A DNA stretch of 32,000 nt from Candidatus Iainarchaeum sp. (GCA_028700115.1 JAQVTI010000003.1:38551-70550); one strand, 5' to 3'; shown: positions 10,778 through 20,701, counted from the first letter of the stretch. Notes: generated by a model not told the origin, from the letters alone. Numbers and translations: made by a program.

Positions 10778-12718
10778 TTGGTAAATAAATCTTATTTAGA
10801 TAATTTGATAAATAAATATAAATCTTCAAAAGATTCTTTAAAGGAAAATAATCTTGAAAATAGTTCTTCTATACATATTAATGATAATTTAAATAATTCA
10901 GATTCAAATGAAAATTTAAAAGATTCAAAAGAAGTTTCTGAAAAATCTTTAAATCTTTATGGTAAAGAAAATTTAGATTCTTCAAATAGTAGTTATAGTA
11001 ATCAGTTAGGTTCTTCTAATAATATTAAAGAAAAATATACTTCTATTGATAATCTAATTAAAGAGCATTCTGAAGATTTATTTAAAAATAAAACTGATTT
11101 AGATAAATTAGATTCATCAAATATTTTTTTAAAAGATGATAATATAATTACTTCAAAAGAAAATTTAAAAGAAAATTCAAAAGAAAATTTAGATATTAAT
11201 TCAAAAAAATATCCCCAAAATTCAAATGATTTTTCAGAAAAAAAAACCGATTTTGAAAATGAATTAGAAAAAGAAACAAAGTCTCATTTAATTACAAAAT
11301 ATGGGGAAACTGAAATTTATAGATTAGATGGCCAAACAATGCTTCATTATAAAATTCCTGTTCCAAAAGCAAATCCTTCTCAAAAGATGATAATAAATAC
11401 TTTAAAGGAAGCAACTACAAGAATTATTTCTACAGATCCTTATAAAATTAGAGATCCTTTACAAAGAAGAAATATTTATTATCAAAAAGTTATAGATATT
11501 TTAGAAAATGCCTCTGAGATTAATATTCCGAAGCATTTATTTTCTTTTTATGCAGATTCTGTTGTAAAAGAAATGACAGGTTATGGTGTTTTAGAGTCAT
11601 TATTAAATGATGATAAGTTAGAAGAAATTATGGTTGTTGGTCCAAATAAGCCTGTTTATGTTTATCATGTAGATTATGGGATGATGACTACAAACATTAC
11701 TTTTTATTCAGATAATAGTATTTTAGAAATTATTGATAAAATTTCTAGAACTATTGGAAGACAAGTAGATATTTCTACACCTTTATTAGATGCAAGATTA
11801 CCAGATGGTTCTAGAGTTAATGCAACTATTCCACCTGCATCTCTTGATGGTTCTACTATTACAATTAGAAAATTTAGAGAAGACCCTTACACTATTACAG
11901 ATCTTGTAAAAATGAAAACTGTTAATTTGGAAGTTGCTGGTTTTTTATGGTGTGTAGTAGATGGATTTGGAGCAAAACCTTCTAATATTTTAATTTCTGG
12001 AGGTACTGGTTCAGGAAAAACAACTACTTTAAATGTTTTAGCAAATTTTATTCCAGAGTCTGATAGAGTATTAACTATTGAAGATACTGCAGAATTACAA
12101 CTTCCTATTAAGCATGTTGTAAGATTTGAAGGAAGACCCCCAGGTCTAGAAGGAAAAGGTGAATTAAGTTTAGAAATTCTTACAAAAAATACTTTAAGAA
12201 TGAGACCTGATAGAATAATTGTTGGTGAAATAAGACATAAAGAAGCAAGTACTTTATTTACTGCTATGAATACAGGTCATGATGGTTGTATGGGTACAAT
12301 TCATGCTAATTCTGCAAAAGAAACTTTAGTTAGAATTACTTCTCCTCCAATGAATGTTCCTCCATTAATGCTTGCTGGTATTGATTTTATAATTATTCAA
12401 AAAAGATTAAGAACAGTAAAAGGACAAGTAAGAAGAATAACTTCAATTGCTGAGGTTACAGGTGTTTTAGAAAATAAACCTGCTGTAAATATTATTTTTA
12501 AATGGAATCCTGAAAGTGATGTTTTAGAAAGAACTGAAAATCCTATTTATTATTTTGAAATTATAAAAACTTATACTAATTTGTCAGATTCTCAAATTAA
12601 ACAAAAAATTGAAAAAAGAATAAACATTTTAAAAGGTTTAGTTAATAATAACATTAGAGATTTAAAAAATGTTTCAAATATTATACAAGAAGAATATATT
12701 AGAGCTTTTTCTTCTTAA
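10778..12718 (+). CDS. Type II/IV secretion system ATPase (archaeal pilus/FlaI-TadA family) with long low-complexity N-terminal extension
   Basis: GGTGAT upstream of a TTG start. Walker A GGTGSGKTTTLN, Asp box LTIEDTAELQLP, His box TMNTGHDGCMGTIHANSAKETLVRI. First ~170 aa are rich in N/D/K/S/E. Confidence 0.93.
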   Translation: MVNKSYLDNLINKYKSSKDSLKENNLENSSSIHINDNLNNSDSNENLKDSKEVSEKSLNLYGKENLDSSNSSYSNQLGSSNNIKEKYTSIDNLIKEHSEDLFKNKTDLDKLDSSNIFLKDDNIITSKENLKENSKENLDINSKKYPQNSNDFSEKKTDFENELEKETKSHLITKYGETEIYRLDGQTMLHYKIPVPKANPSQKMIINTLKEATTRIISTDPYKIRDPLQRRNIYYQKVIDILENASEINIPKHLFSFYADSVVKEMTGYGVLESLLNDDKLEEIMVVGPNKPVYVYHVDYGMMTTNITFYSDNSILEIIDKISRTIGRQVDISTPLLDARLPDGSRVNATIPPASLDGSTITIRKFREDPYTITDLVKMKTVNLEVAGFLWCVVDGFGAKPSNILISGGTGSGKTTTLNVLANFIPESDRVLTIEDTAELQLPIKHVVRFEGRPPGLEGKGELSLEILTKNTLRMRPDRIIVGEIRHKEASTLFTAMNTGHDGCMGTIHANSAKETLVRITSPPMNVPPLMLAGIDFIIIQKRLRTVKGQVRRITSIAEVTGVLENKPAVNIIFKWNPESDVLERTENPIYYFEIIKTYTNLSDSQIKQKIEKRINILKGLVNNNIRDLKNVSNIIQEEYIRAFSS

Positions 12719-12750
12719 ATAAATTTATTTATATTTGTATGTGAAAATAT

Positions 12751-13887
12751 ATGCCAGAAGAAAAATTAGATAATTTAAAAAAATCCACAAAAGATGTAAA
12801 TTTAGATATAGATATGGATGCTGTTCAAAGTATTGTATCTAAAATGAAAAATAAATCTGAATATAAAGTTAAAGGTGATGGTTTATCTGAAGGGCATTTA
12901 AAAGAATTAAGGGCTATTATTTCTGAAGGTAAAGTTTCTAGTTTAGATGTTGATGCAGAAAAAAAGCTTTCTGCAAATACAGATTCTGATTTGGAAAAAA
13001 GTATTGCAAAATATTATAAATTTTTTAAAGGATTAATTGATAAAATAGTTTTGATGATTGTAAGAAGTAAATCTGCACAAAAAGTTTCATATTATTTGAC
13101 TTCTGCAAATTCATCTAAAACTTTAGTTCAGCATTTAGTTATTTCTATTCTTTTTGCTTTATTTTTAGATATTTTTATGTCTATTATTGTTTTAATTATA
13201 TTACTTTTAATAAATCCAGTTATTGCAGCAATTATTTTACCAATTAGTTTAATTGTATTTTTATTTTTCTTTATATTTATTTTAGTTTATTTGTTACCTA
13301 AACAAAAAGCTAAAGTTAGAGGTAAATTGATAGATATAGATTTGCCTTTTGCCTTAAGACATATTGCAACAGAAGTTTCTGCAGGTCTAGGTTTGTATAA
13401 AGTTTTACAGTCTGTTGGTAAAAATGATTATGGTGTTTTATCAGAAGAAATTAACCGAACTATTTTAGAAATTGAAAATGGTACTGATACAAAAACTGCC
13501 CTAAGGCATACTGCTTTAAGAAGCCAATCTAAAAATTTTAATGTTGCATTATTTCATATTATAAGAACATTAAATACAGGTGGAAATCTTGCAAATACCA
13601 TTAATGGTGTTGCAGATACAGTTTCTTTTGATTTAATGGAAGATGCAAAAGTTTTTGGTGAAAAAATGAATTTCTTTGGAGTAATTTTTATATTTATTGC
13701 AATTGTTCTTCCTGTTTTTGTTGCTATTTTAGGTGGTATTGCAAATGCTCCTTTAGGTCAAGATGGGGCTTTATTTTTACCAGGAGTTATGACTCCTTCA
13801 ACTATGTCTGCAATTTTTGGAATTATTCTTCCTGTAATTTTTATATTTTTATTATATTATATTAAAATAATTTCTCCAAAGGTGTAA
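12751..13887 (+). CDS. FlaJ/TadC-like pilus assembly membrane protein (first copy)
   Basis: T2SSF-like pattern (LPFALRHIATEVSAGLGLYKVLQSVGKNDYGVLSEEINRTILEIENGTDTKTAL), multiple TM segments, directly downstream of the ATPase. Confidence 0.85.
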   Translation: MPEEKLDNLKKSTKDVNLDIDMDAVQSIVSKMKNKSEYKVKGDGLSEGHLKELRAIISEGKVSSLDVDAEKKLSANTDSDLEKSIAKYYKFFKGLIDKIVLMIVRSKSAQKVSYYLTSANSSKTLVQHLVISILFALFLDIFMSIIVLIILLLINPVIAAIILPISLIVFLFFFIFILVYLLPKQKAKVRGKLIDIDLPFALRHIATEVSAGLGLYKVLQSVGKNDYGVLSEEINRTILEIENGTDTKTALRHTALRSQSKNFNVALFHIIRTLNTGGNLANTINGVADTVSFDLMEDAKVFGEKMNFFGVIFIFIAIVLPVFVAILGGIANAPLGQDGALFLPGVMTPSTMSAIFGIILPVIFIFLLYYIKIISPKV

Positions 13888-13889
13888 TT

Positions 13890-14801
13890 GTGATTATAAA
13901 ATTTTTTGAAAAATGGTTAGATAGATATCAAATTTATTTATATGCTTTAAAGATAAAAATACCTGTGAATTATTGGATTTTGGGGATGGTATTTTTATCT
14001 TTATTGTTAGGTATTTTGGGTTATTTTATAGATTTAAAAATTGGATTAATTCTTTTTGTTTTAATTTTAGATTTAGGTATTGGTATACCTATATATTTAT
14101 ATAATAAACATATTAAAAATATTGAAAAAGATTGGCCAAGTGCATTAAAGTTAATTGCAGATACTATGAAAGCAGGTTCTTCTTTTGAATATGCTTTAAG
14201 AGAAGTTTCTACTTCTGATTTTGGAGAACTTTCTTTTGAAGTTAATGAAATGATTAGAAGATTAGAAATGGGAGATTCTATGCAATCTGCATTAGAGCAT
14301 TTATCTATAAGAATAGAATCTAGAACAGTTAGAAGAACAGTTACTTTAATTAAAGAATCATTAAGAACTGGTGCTCAGCTTGCAGATGTTTTAGATGAAA
14401 TTGCAAATGATACTAAATATATGTTTAGAATTAAAAAGGAAAGAATTACAAAAACTATGCTTCAAACAATATTTATTATTGCAGCAGGGGCTGTAATTGC
14501 ACCTTTTATTTTTGGATTAACTAGAGTAATAACTGGTTTTTTAACAGAAGTGTCTACAAATGCAGGTATTGCTACAGAATCTGCTTTGGCTGTTGCTTTA
14601 AATTCTCAAGCAACAATTTATGTTCTTTTAGATATTTATATTGTTATTGAAATTATTGCTGCTTCTGCAATAATTAGTTTAATGAGAGAAAGTAATTTAA
14701 GTAATATTTATTTGTATTTTCCTATACTTTTAACAATTGGTTATATTGTATATATGATTTCTCAAAAAGTTTTGGGGTATATGCTTACAGGAATGATTTA
14801 G
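13890..14801 (+). CDS. FlaJ/TadC-like pilus assembly membrane protein (second copy)
   Basis: T2SSF pattern (WPSALKLIADTMKAGSSFEYALREVSTSDFGELSFEVNEMIRRLEMGDSMQSALEHL), TM segments, 2-nt gap from the previous gene. Confidence 0.88.
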   Translation: MIIKFFEKWLDRYQIYLYALKIKIPVNYWILGMVFLSLLLGILGYFIDLKIGLILFVLILDLGIGIPIYLYNKHIKNIEKDWPSALKLIADTMKAGSSFEYALREVSTSDFGELSFEVNEMIRRLEMGDSMQSALEHLSIRIESRTVRRTVTLIKESLRTGAQLADVLDEIANDTKYMFRIKKERITKTMLQTIFIIAAGAVIAPFIFGLTRVITGFLTEVSTNAGIATESALAVALNSQATIYVLLDIYIVIEIIAASAIISLMRESNLSNIYLYFPILLTIGYIVYMISQKVLGYMLTGMI

Positions 14802-14874
14802 GTTTTTTTATTTATTTCTGTTTTGTTTTTAATTAAATAGTTTTAAAAAAATAATTATAAAAATAAGAGAATTT

Positions 14875-15060
14875 ATGGATTTAAAAAAATTAAATGTTTT
14901 AAAATTTTTAAAAGAAGAAAAAGCACAAGTTTCTGTAGAATTTTTAATAGTTTTAGGGCTTGTTATTTTAGTTGCATTATTAGTGGGTTTTTATGTAAAA
15001 CAACTTTCTGGAAAGAAAGCTGGAGAAGCAAATGATTTAAAAAATCAAACATTTGAATGA
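14875..15060 (+). CDS. Class III signal peptide (prepilin-like) protein, short
   Basis: 61 aa with EEKAQVSVEFLIVLGLVILVALLVGFYV. Confidence 0.85.
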   Translation: MDLKKLNVLKFLKEEKAQVSVEFLIVLGLVILVALLVGFYVKQLSGKKAGEANDLKNQTFE

Positions 15061-15230
15061 TTTAAGGGTATTATTTTAGTTTGTTAATCTAAAAAGAAAG
15101 ATATATAAAGATAATGATGTAATATTTTGTTAAAGTTTATTATAATTTATATAAACTTTAAATTAAAATATTCTTTATAAAAGAATTTTTTTAAAATATT
15201 TTAAAAAAAAGATAAAAAGGTGTTATTAAA

Positions 15231-15722
15231 ATGATTAAAAATAAAAAAGGACAAGGTGCCTTAGAATACCTATTACTAATTGGTGGTGCTGTTCTAATTG
15301 CTGTAATTGTAATTGCATTATTAGTTGGAATGGGTGGACAAAGTAGAGATTCTGCAAAAGATCAAGCAGACAAAGCTTCAAAAGCTACAGATATTCCTCA
15401 ACCTGCATCTATAACAAGTATCACTCCTGTTGCTAATTCTTGTACTCCAAATTCAGATGGAAATATAATTTTGGATTGGGCTCCTTTAGCTACTGGTGGA
15501 ACATATAATTTGAGAGCTTACGATTATACTGGTGAAAAGGATTTAAATGTTACTATTGGTAGTAATACTGATGGTAAATTAGATGCTTCTGTTTTACATC
15601 AAGAGAATATTATGATTTCTGGTGACGATTTTGCAGCTTGTGAAAACACATATTGGATTGAAGTTGTAACTACAAAGAATAACCAATCAGTTGCTTCTGC
15701 AAAAACAAAATTCAATTGGTAG
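15231..15722 (+). CDS. Class III prepilin-like protein, candidate major pilin
   Basis: NKKGQGALEYLLLIGGAVLIAVIVIALLVG at the N terminus with a ~130-aa soluble domain. GGTG about 11 nt before ATG. Confidence 0.9.
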   Translation: MIKNKKGQGALEYLLLIGGAVLIAVIVIALLVGMGGQSRDSAKDQADKASKATDIPQPASITSITPVANSCTPNSDGNIILDWAPLATGGTYNLRAYDYTGEKDLNVTIGSNTDGKLDASVLHQENIMISGDDFAACENTYWIEVVTTKNNQSVASAKTKFNW

Positions 15723-15736
15723 ATTTAAAATATAGT

Positions 15737-15758
15737 TTGTGTTTTTAAAAACACAAAT
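15737..15758. terminator. Perfect 22-bp palindrome followed by T-rich tract, terminator-like
   Basis: TTTGTGTTTTTAAAAACACAAA (11+11) beginning 15 nt after the pilin stop, then TTTTCTTTTTCTTTTTT. Confidence 0.45.
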
Positions 15759-15773
15759 TTTCTTTTTCTTTTT

Positions 15774-15856
15774 TTAATTATTTTTTTTAAATAATTATTT
15801 TTTTTTAAATAATTATTTTTTTTATTATTTTTTTTAAATAATTATTTTTTTTAAAT
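15774..15856. repeat. AT-only degenerate tandem repeat, unit about 17 nt
   Basis: Repeated AATTATTTTTTTTAAAT-type units across the gap between two pilin genes. Confidence 0.7.
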
Positions 15857-15940
15857 AAGAACATATATAAATATTTTGATATAATATTAAAATATAATAT
15901 TTGATTTAATTTTTAAAATAAAATAAAATTTATGATTCTT

Positions 15941-16408
15941 ATGGTTTTAAAAAATAAAAAAGGACAAAGCTCTTTAGAATATATGTTAATTATTGGTGGT
16001 GCTTTATTAGTTGCAATTATTGTTATAACCGTTGTTTTATCTTTAGGTAATGCAAATAAAGATTCTGCAGAAAGTACAAATCAAGATTATCAATATTTAA
16101 TAGACAGTACTATAATTCCTCCAATAATTACTAATGTAGATTGTAATATTGATTCTAATATTACTATTTATTTAAATACTTCTACAAGTAAAAATATTTC
16201 AGGATATAAGATTATTGTAGATGATTTTTTACCTTATCCAAGTGGTTTAGATGTAATTTATGAAACCTCTGGGGTAGTTTCTCAAAATGCTAATAGTTTA
16301 GGTATAAATACTGTTGGGCAAATATATAATATTTCTATAGTTGCAATTAAAAATAATTCTTCTTCAAGACCTTCAATGCCTTCAATGAGCTGTAAAGCAC
16401 ATAATTAA
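15941..16408 (+). CDS. Class III prepilin-like protein
   Basis: MVLKNKKGQSSLEYMLIIGGALLVAIIVITVVLSLG at the N terminus. In-frame ATG also at 15932. Confidence 0.88.
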   Translation: MVLKNKKGQSSLEYMLIIGGALLVAIIVITVVLSLGNANKDSAESTNQDYQYLIDSTIIPPIITNVDCNIDSNITIYLNTSTSKNISGYKIIVDDFLPYPSGLDVIYETSGVVSQNANSLGINTVGQIYNISIVAIKNNSSSRPSMPSMSCKAHN

Positions 16409-16432
16409 ATATATAGAAATTAAAGATAATTT

Positions 16433-16621
16433 ATGAAAAATATAAATAAATTTTTAAAAGAAGAAAAAGCACAAGTCTCTGTAGAATATTTAATTATGAT
16501 TGTTTTTGGTTTAATGCTTGTAATTACTACAGGAATAATTATAATCAATTTAAATAGTTTTGTAACTATGGCTAAAGCTAAAATTTTAACATATAGAGAT
16601 AATATTTTAGCAAGTTTATAG
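16433..16621 (+). CDS. Class III signal peptide (prepilin-like) protein, short
   Basis: 62 aa, FLKEEKAQVSVEYLIMIVFGLMLVITTGIIII. Confidence 0.85.
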   Translation: MKNINKFLKEEKAQVSVEYLIMIVFGLMLVITTGIIIINLNSFVTMAKAKILTYRDNILASL

Positions 16622-16669
16622 TTTAATTTTTAGAAAATGTATATTATGTTTTTTTAAAGTAGGTAATAA

Positions 16670-17794
16670 ATGTTTAATTTTTCTTTATTTTATTTTTTTA
16701 TTGTTTTATTTTTTTTAATTATTTCTTCATATACTGATTTTAAAAAAAGAATTGTATTAAATAAAGTTGTTTTATTTTTTTTAATTTTAGGTATTTTATT
16801 TAAAATTTTAGAAAGTGTTTTATTTAGTTCTTTTAATATTTTGTTATTTTCTATTTTATCTTTTATTATTTGTTTTATAATTTTTTATATTTTATGGAGT
16901 ATAGGTGTTTTTTCAGCAGGGGATGTAAAGGTTTTTTTAGTTATTTCTATATTTATTCCTAATAATTTAGTTTTTTTGAATATTTTAGATAAAATATATG
17001 TTCTTTCAAAACCAATATTTTCTTTAAATCTTTTATTTTTTTCAATTTTTTCAATTTTACCTTTTATTTTATTTTTTGCAGTTATAAAATTATTTAATAT
17101 AGATAATTTAATATTAATTAAAAATAAAATTTTTAAAAAATATTTTTTAGAAAGTATATTAAATTCTGTAATTATTTTATTTTTAGTTTCTTCTTTTTTA
17201 AGTATATTTAGTTCTTTTTTAAATTCTTTTTATATTTTTATTTTTTCATTATTTTTTATATTTTTTTTTAATAAATTAAAATCTATAATTAATAAAGGTA
17301 CTTATATTTTTTATGTTTTATTTTTTACATTTTTGTTTATTTATAATTTTTATATCCCAATTAATGTTTTTAATTTTAATAATTTTTTTTCAATAATTTT
17401 GAGTGTAAGTATTATTTTTGTTCTTTTAGTTTTATACACTATTATTAGAAATAAAATATTTACATATACAAAAAGTGTAGATAAACTTAAAGAAGGTGAT
17501 TTACTTTATTATAATTATTATTTTATAAATAATATGGTTTATACTAAAAAATATAATTTTATTAAATATATTTTTGATATATTGAAAAATAATTATTATA
17601 TTAACCTAAAAATTGATTCAAGACATTCTGCAGGAATTTTAAAATCAGACATTATATTTTTAAATGATTCCTATAACCATAATTTAATAGAAAAAGAAAT
17701 TAAATTAAAAAAAACAGTTCCTTTTATTCCAAGTGTTTTAATTGCATATATTATATTAAATATAATTGGAGATGTTTTTTGGTTTATTATATAA
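16670..17794 (+). CDS. Prepilin peptidase (A24 family, FlaK/PibD-like)
   Basis: Two expected aspartate sites: IISSYTDFKKRIVLNKVV and VFSAGDVKVFLVISIFIP. Multi-TM and located within a prepilin cluster. Confidence 0.87.
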   Translation: MFNFSLFYFFIVLFFLIISSYTDFKKRIVLNKVVLFFLILGILFKILESVLFSSFNILLFSILSFIICFIIFYILWSIGVFSAGDVKVFLVISIFIPNNLVFLNILDKIYVLSKPIFSLNLLFFSIFSILPFILFFAVIKLFNIDNLILIKNKIFKKYFLESILNSVIILFLVSSFLSIFSSFLNSFYIFIFSLFFIFFFNKLKSIINKGTYIFYVLFFTFLFIYNFYIPINVFNFNNFFSIILSVSIIFVLLVLYTIIRNKIFTYTKSVDKLKEGDLLYYNYYFINNMVYTKKYNFIKYIFDILKNNYYINLKIDSRHSAGILKSDIIFLNDSYNHNLIEKEIKLKKTVPFIPSVLIAYIILNIIGDVFWFII

Positions 17795-17808
17795 ATTTGT
17801 GATTATAT

Positions 17809-18276
17809 ATGATTAAAAATAAAAAAGCTCAGATTTCAATTGAATATATTGTTTTTATTGCAATTTTTTTAATGTTTTTTCAAGCTGTATTATATCCTTC
17901 TGCAGTTTTTGCAGAAAATATAATTAATGATGTTTCTAGTATTTCTCAATCTAGTCAAAGTATTAATTCTTTATCAAATTCTATTGAAAGTTTAGCCAAT
18001 AGTTCTGGTTATGGTAAAAGAACTATTTTTTTCTATCTTCCAGAGAATACTCATATGTCTATTGAAAGTAATAAAATTATCTATTCTATAGATATTTCTA
18101 ACCAAAAACCATTCCCTAATAATTGTTCTACAGGAATTTGTACTTTTGAAAAAATATTATATATTGGTTCTTTATCTATTTCTGAAGAAGATTCAGATAA
18201 CTTTATAGGCGGTTATTCTGGGAAACTTATTATTGAAAAAAAAGATAATGGTGTAATTAGTGTTAAAGCGGATTAA
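17809..18276 (+). CDS. Prepilin-like protein
   Basis: MIKNKKAQISIEYIVFIAIFLMFFQAV at the N terminus with a soluble domain. Confidence 0.82.
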   Translation: MIKNKKAQISIEYIVFIAIFLMFFQAVLYPSAVFAENIINDVSSISQSSQSINSLSNSIESLANSSGYGKRTIFFYLPENTHMSIESNKIIYSIDISNQKPFPNNCSTGICTFEKILYIGSLSISEEDSDNFIGGYSGKLIIEKKDNGVISVKAD

Positions 18277-18616
18277 AGCTCAAGCAAGTATCGAATATAT
18301 TGTAATTATTACTTTTATTTTAGCTATATCTATCTTTTTTGTATTAATTATTTTTAAAACAAATGATATTAATTATTCTATTCATCAAACAAAACAAGAA
18401 ACTTTAAGATTAATCTCAGAGTCAGATTCTTCTATTATTTTAGAAAAAATTAATTATGAAATTTCTGATAATACCATTTTACATTTAAATTTAAATTTTT
18501 TAAAAATACATCCTACAGATATTTTTTTTATTGATCAAAATTATTCTTTTGTTAAACAAAATATTTTAAATAAAACTAAATTTACAGACGTGGTTTTTAG
18601 TTTTAAATATATTTAA
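18260..18616 (+). CDS. Prepilin-like protein
   Basis: LKRIKAQASIEYIVIITFILAISIFFVLIIF. GTG start overlaps the upstream ORF by 17 nt. Confidence 0.78.
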   Translation: MLKRIKAQASIEYIVIITFILAISIFFVLIIFKTNDINYSIHQTKQETLRLISESDSSIILEKINYEISDNTILHLNLNFLKIHPTDIFFIDQNYSFVKQNILNKTKFTDVVFSFKYI

Positions 18617-18656
18617 ACAATGAATTTTTTTTAAATTATTAATTTAGGTAGAATAT

Positions 18657-19151
18657 ATGAATACAAAACATATTTGGCAATTAGAAATAATTTTTTTATG
18701 TGGTCTTTTTGTAAATCTTTTTGTAGAAAAAATGCTTTATTTAAAAATTTTATTTATTTTTTTAATTTTACTTTTTGTTTTTAAAGAGAAAGATACTTTT
18801 GTATTTATTAAACTTAAATATTTATATTTTGGTTATGGTTTAGTTGGTATCCTTATTTTAGCTTTATTGATCGGATTTATATCTAATATTTATTTTATAA
18901 CCATTAGTATTTGTTTAGTAGTTTTATATTTTTATTTATATAAAATAATTTTTAATAAAACCATTGGAGTTGTTTTAAAAATATCTTCTAAAAAAATTTA
19001 TTTTAAAGTGATAGATCCATTTTATAAGTCTAAAAAAGAATTTATTCTTTCTTCTAATTTAAAAATTTCTAAAAATGATAAAATTTCAATCTTACAAAGT
19101 TCTTTTTTAATTAAAAAACCTCTAAAAATTTTAAAAGTTTTAAAAGAATAA
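18657..19151 (+). CDS. Hypothetical membrane protein with C-terminal soluble domain
   Basis: 164 aa, several TM segments then a charged ~60-aa tail, tightly packed with the next genes. Confidence 0.7.
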   Translation: MNTKHIWQLEIIFLCGLFVNLFVEKMLYLKILFIFLILLFVFKEKDTFVFIKLKYLYFGYGLVGILILALLIGFISNIYFITISICLVVLYFYLYKIIFNKTIGVVLKISSKKIYFKVIDPFYKSKKEFILSSNLKISKNDKISILQSSFLIKKPLKILKVLKE

Positions 19152-19154
19152 TAT

Positions 19155-19520
19155 ATGTTTAAAAAAAGTTTTGTAATTTTTTTTATTTTAATAATTATTT
19201 TTTGTTTTATATTTCTTTCTTTTTTAACTTTTTTTTATAAACCACCTTCATTAAATTTATTTGATTTTAATTTTGATTTTCATTTAAACAAATCAATTTC
19301 TTTAAATGGGCTTGTTAAAAATGTTGTAATTAAGGATAATATCTTATTTTTTGAAATATGTCAATATTCTAGATGTCTTGATTGTGTGATTTTTAATTTT
19401 ACTTCTTTTCAAAAAGATTTGGTTTATAAAAAATCTTTAGATAAATCTTTTTTAGAAGTTATTGGGCTTTTAACAGAATATAATAATAAACCAGAAATAA
19501 TTGTTTATAGATTAATATGA
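19155..19520 (+). CDS. Hypothetical N-terminally anchored protein with OB-fold-like domain
   Basis: One TM, then ~80 aa ending FLEVIGLLTEYNNKPEIIVYRLI, an OB-like ending. Contains CQYSRCLDC. Confidence 0.6.
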   Translation: MFKKSFVIFFILIIIFCFIFLSFLTFFYKPPSLNLFDFNFDFHLNKSISLNGLVKNVVIKDNILFFEICQYSRCLDCVIFNFTSFQKDLVYKKSLDKSFLEVIGLLTEYNNKPEIIVYRLI

Positions 19521-20701
19521 TTTATTTTTTACAAATAATTGTAGGGGTTCTTTTAGGAACTTTTATTGGTTTTTTTCCAAATATACATATTAATCTTTTA
19601 GCATATGTTTTTTCTATAATTAATTTAATTTATTCTCCAGATTCTTTTTATTTTTTTTTATCTTTCTCTATTTCTCAATTAATTTCAAGTTATCTCCCCA
19701 CCACTTTTTTTGGAATCCCAAATGAATCTACTGTTTTATCTTTATTTCCTTCTCAAAGATTAAATTTAAAAGGGGAGTCTAAACTTGCAATTTATTTATG
19801 TCTTTTTGGATCTTTTTTAGGTTGTTTATTTTCTATATTAATTCTTCCTTTTTTAGGAATTATTTTTTCTTTATTAAAAGATTTTAATTTTATTATTTAT
19901 TTTTCAATAATTCTTTCTTTATTTTTATTTATTTTATCTCAATCTAAAATTAAAGATATGCTTATTGTTTTTTCTATTATAATTTTTTCTGGTTCTTTAG
20001 GGATATTTACTTTAAAATACAATTTATTTTTTAGGGAACCTCTTTTTGTATGTATTACTTGTCTTTTTGCTTTTCCTTATTTAATTTCATCAATTTTTAA
20101 TAAACATAGAGGTGTTTTTCAAAGTTTTTCAAAAGTAAATTTAGATTATAATAAATATATTTTACCTGGATTAATTGGTTCTATATCTTCTTTTTTAATT
20201 ATTTTAATACCTTCTTTTTCTTCATCTCAAGCAGCTGCAATTATTTCTTCTATTAAAAAAAAAATTAATGAAAAAGTATATTTAATTATTTTTTCATCAA
20301 TTTCTATTAGTGCTTTAATATTTTCTTATTTTCTTGCAATTAATTTTAATAAACCCAGATTAGGATATATTGCCATTTTATTATCTGCAAATGTGCTTCC
20401 TGTTTCTTTTAATTATTTTATTTTTTCTATAGTTATTTTAATTTCTTCTCTTTTAAGTAGTTTTATAATTTTTAGTTTAATTAATTTTATTTTAAAAATT
20501 ATAAATCATTTAAATTTATATAGAATTAATATTTTCTTTTTTATTTTTATTTTGTTTATACTTATTTTTGTTTCTGGTTTTAATAGTATTTTTTTAATTA
20601 TTATAAGTACTTTAATTGGTTTTATTCCTTTGAGATTTAATAAATCTAGACTTTTTTTAATCAGTTATTTAATGATCCCTACTTTACTTTTTTATATTTA
20701 A
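19517..20701 (+). CDS. TctA/DUF112-like polytopic membrane protein
   Basis: VGVLLGTFIGFFPNIHINLLAYVF, FFGIPNESTVLSLFPSQ, GFIPLRFNKSR. 4-nt overlap with the previous gene. Confidence 0.7.
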   Translation: MIYFLQIIVGVLLGTFIGFFPNIHINLLAYVFSIINLIYSPDSFYFFLSFSISQLISSYLPTTFFGIPNESTVLSLFPSQRLNLKGESKLAIYLCLFGSFLGCLFSILILPFLGIIFSLLKDFNFIIYFSIILSLFLFILSQSKIKDMLIVFSIIIFSGSLGIFTLKYNLFFREPLFVCITCLFAFPYLISSIFNKHRGVFQSFSKVNLDYNKYILPGLIGSISSFLIILIPSFSSSQAAAIISSIKKKINEKVYLIIFSSISISALIFSYFLAINFNKPRLGYIAILLSANVLPVSFNYFIFSIVILISSLLSSFIIFSLINFILKIINHLNLYRINIFFFIFILFILIFVSGFNSIFLIIISTLIGFIPLRFNKSRLFLISYLMIPTLLFYI

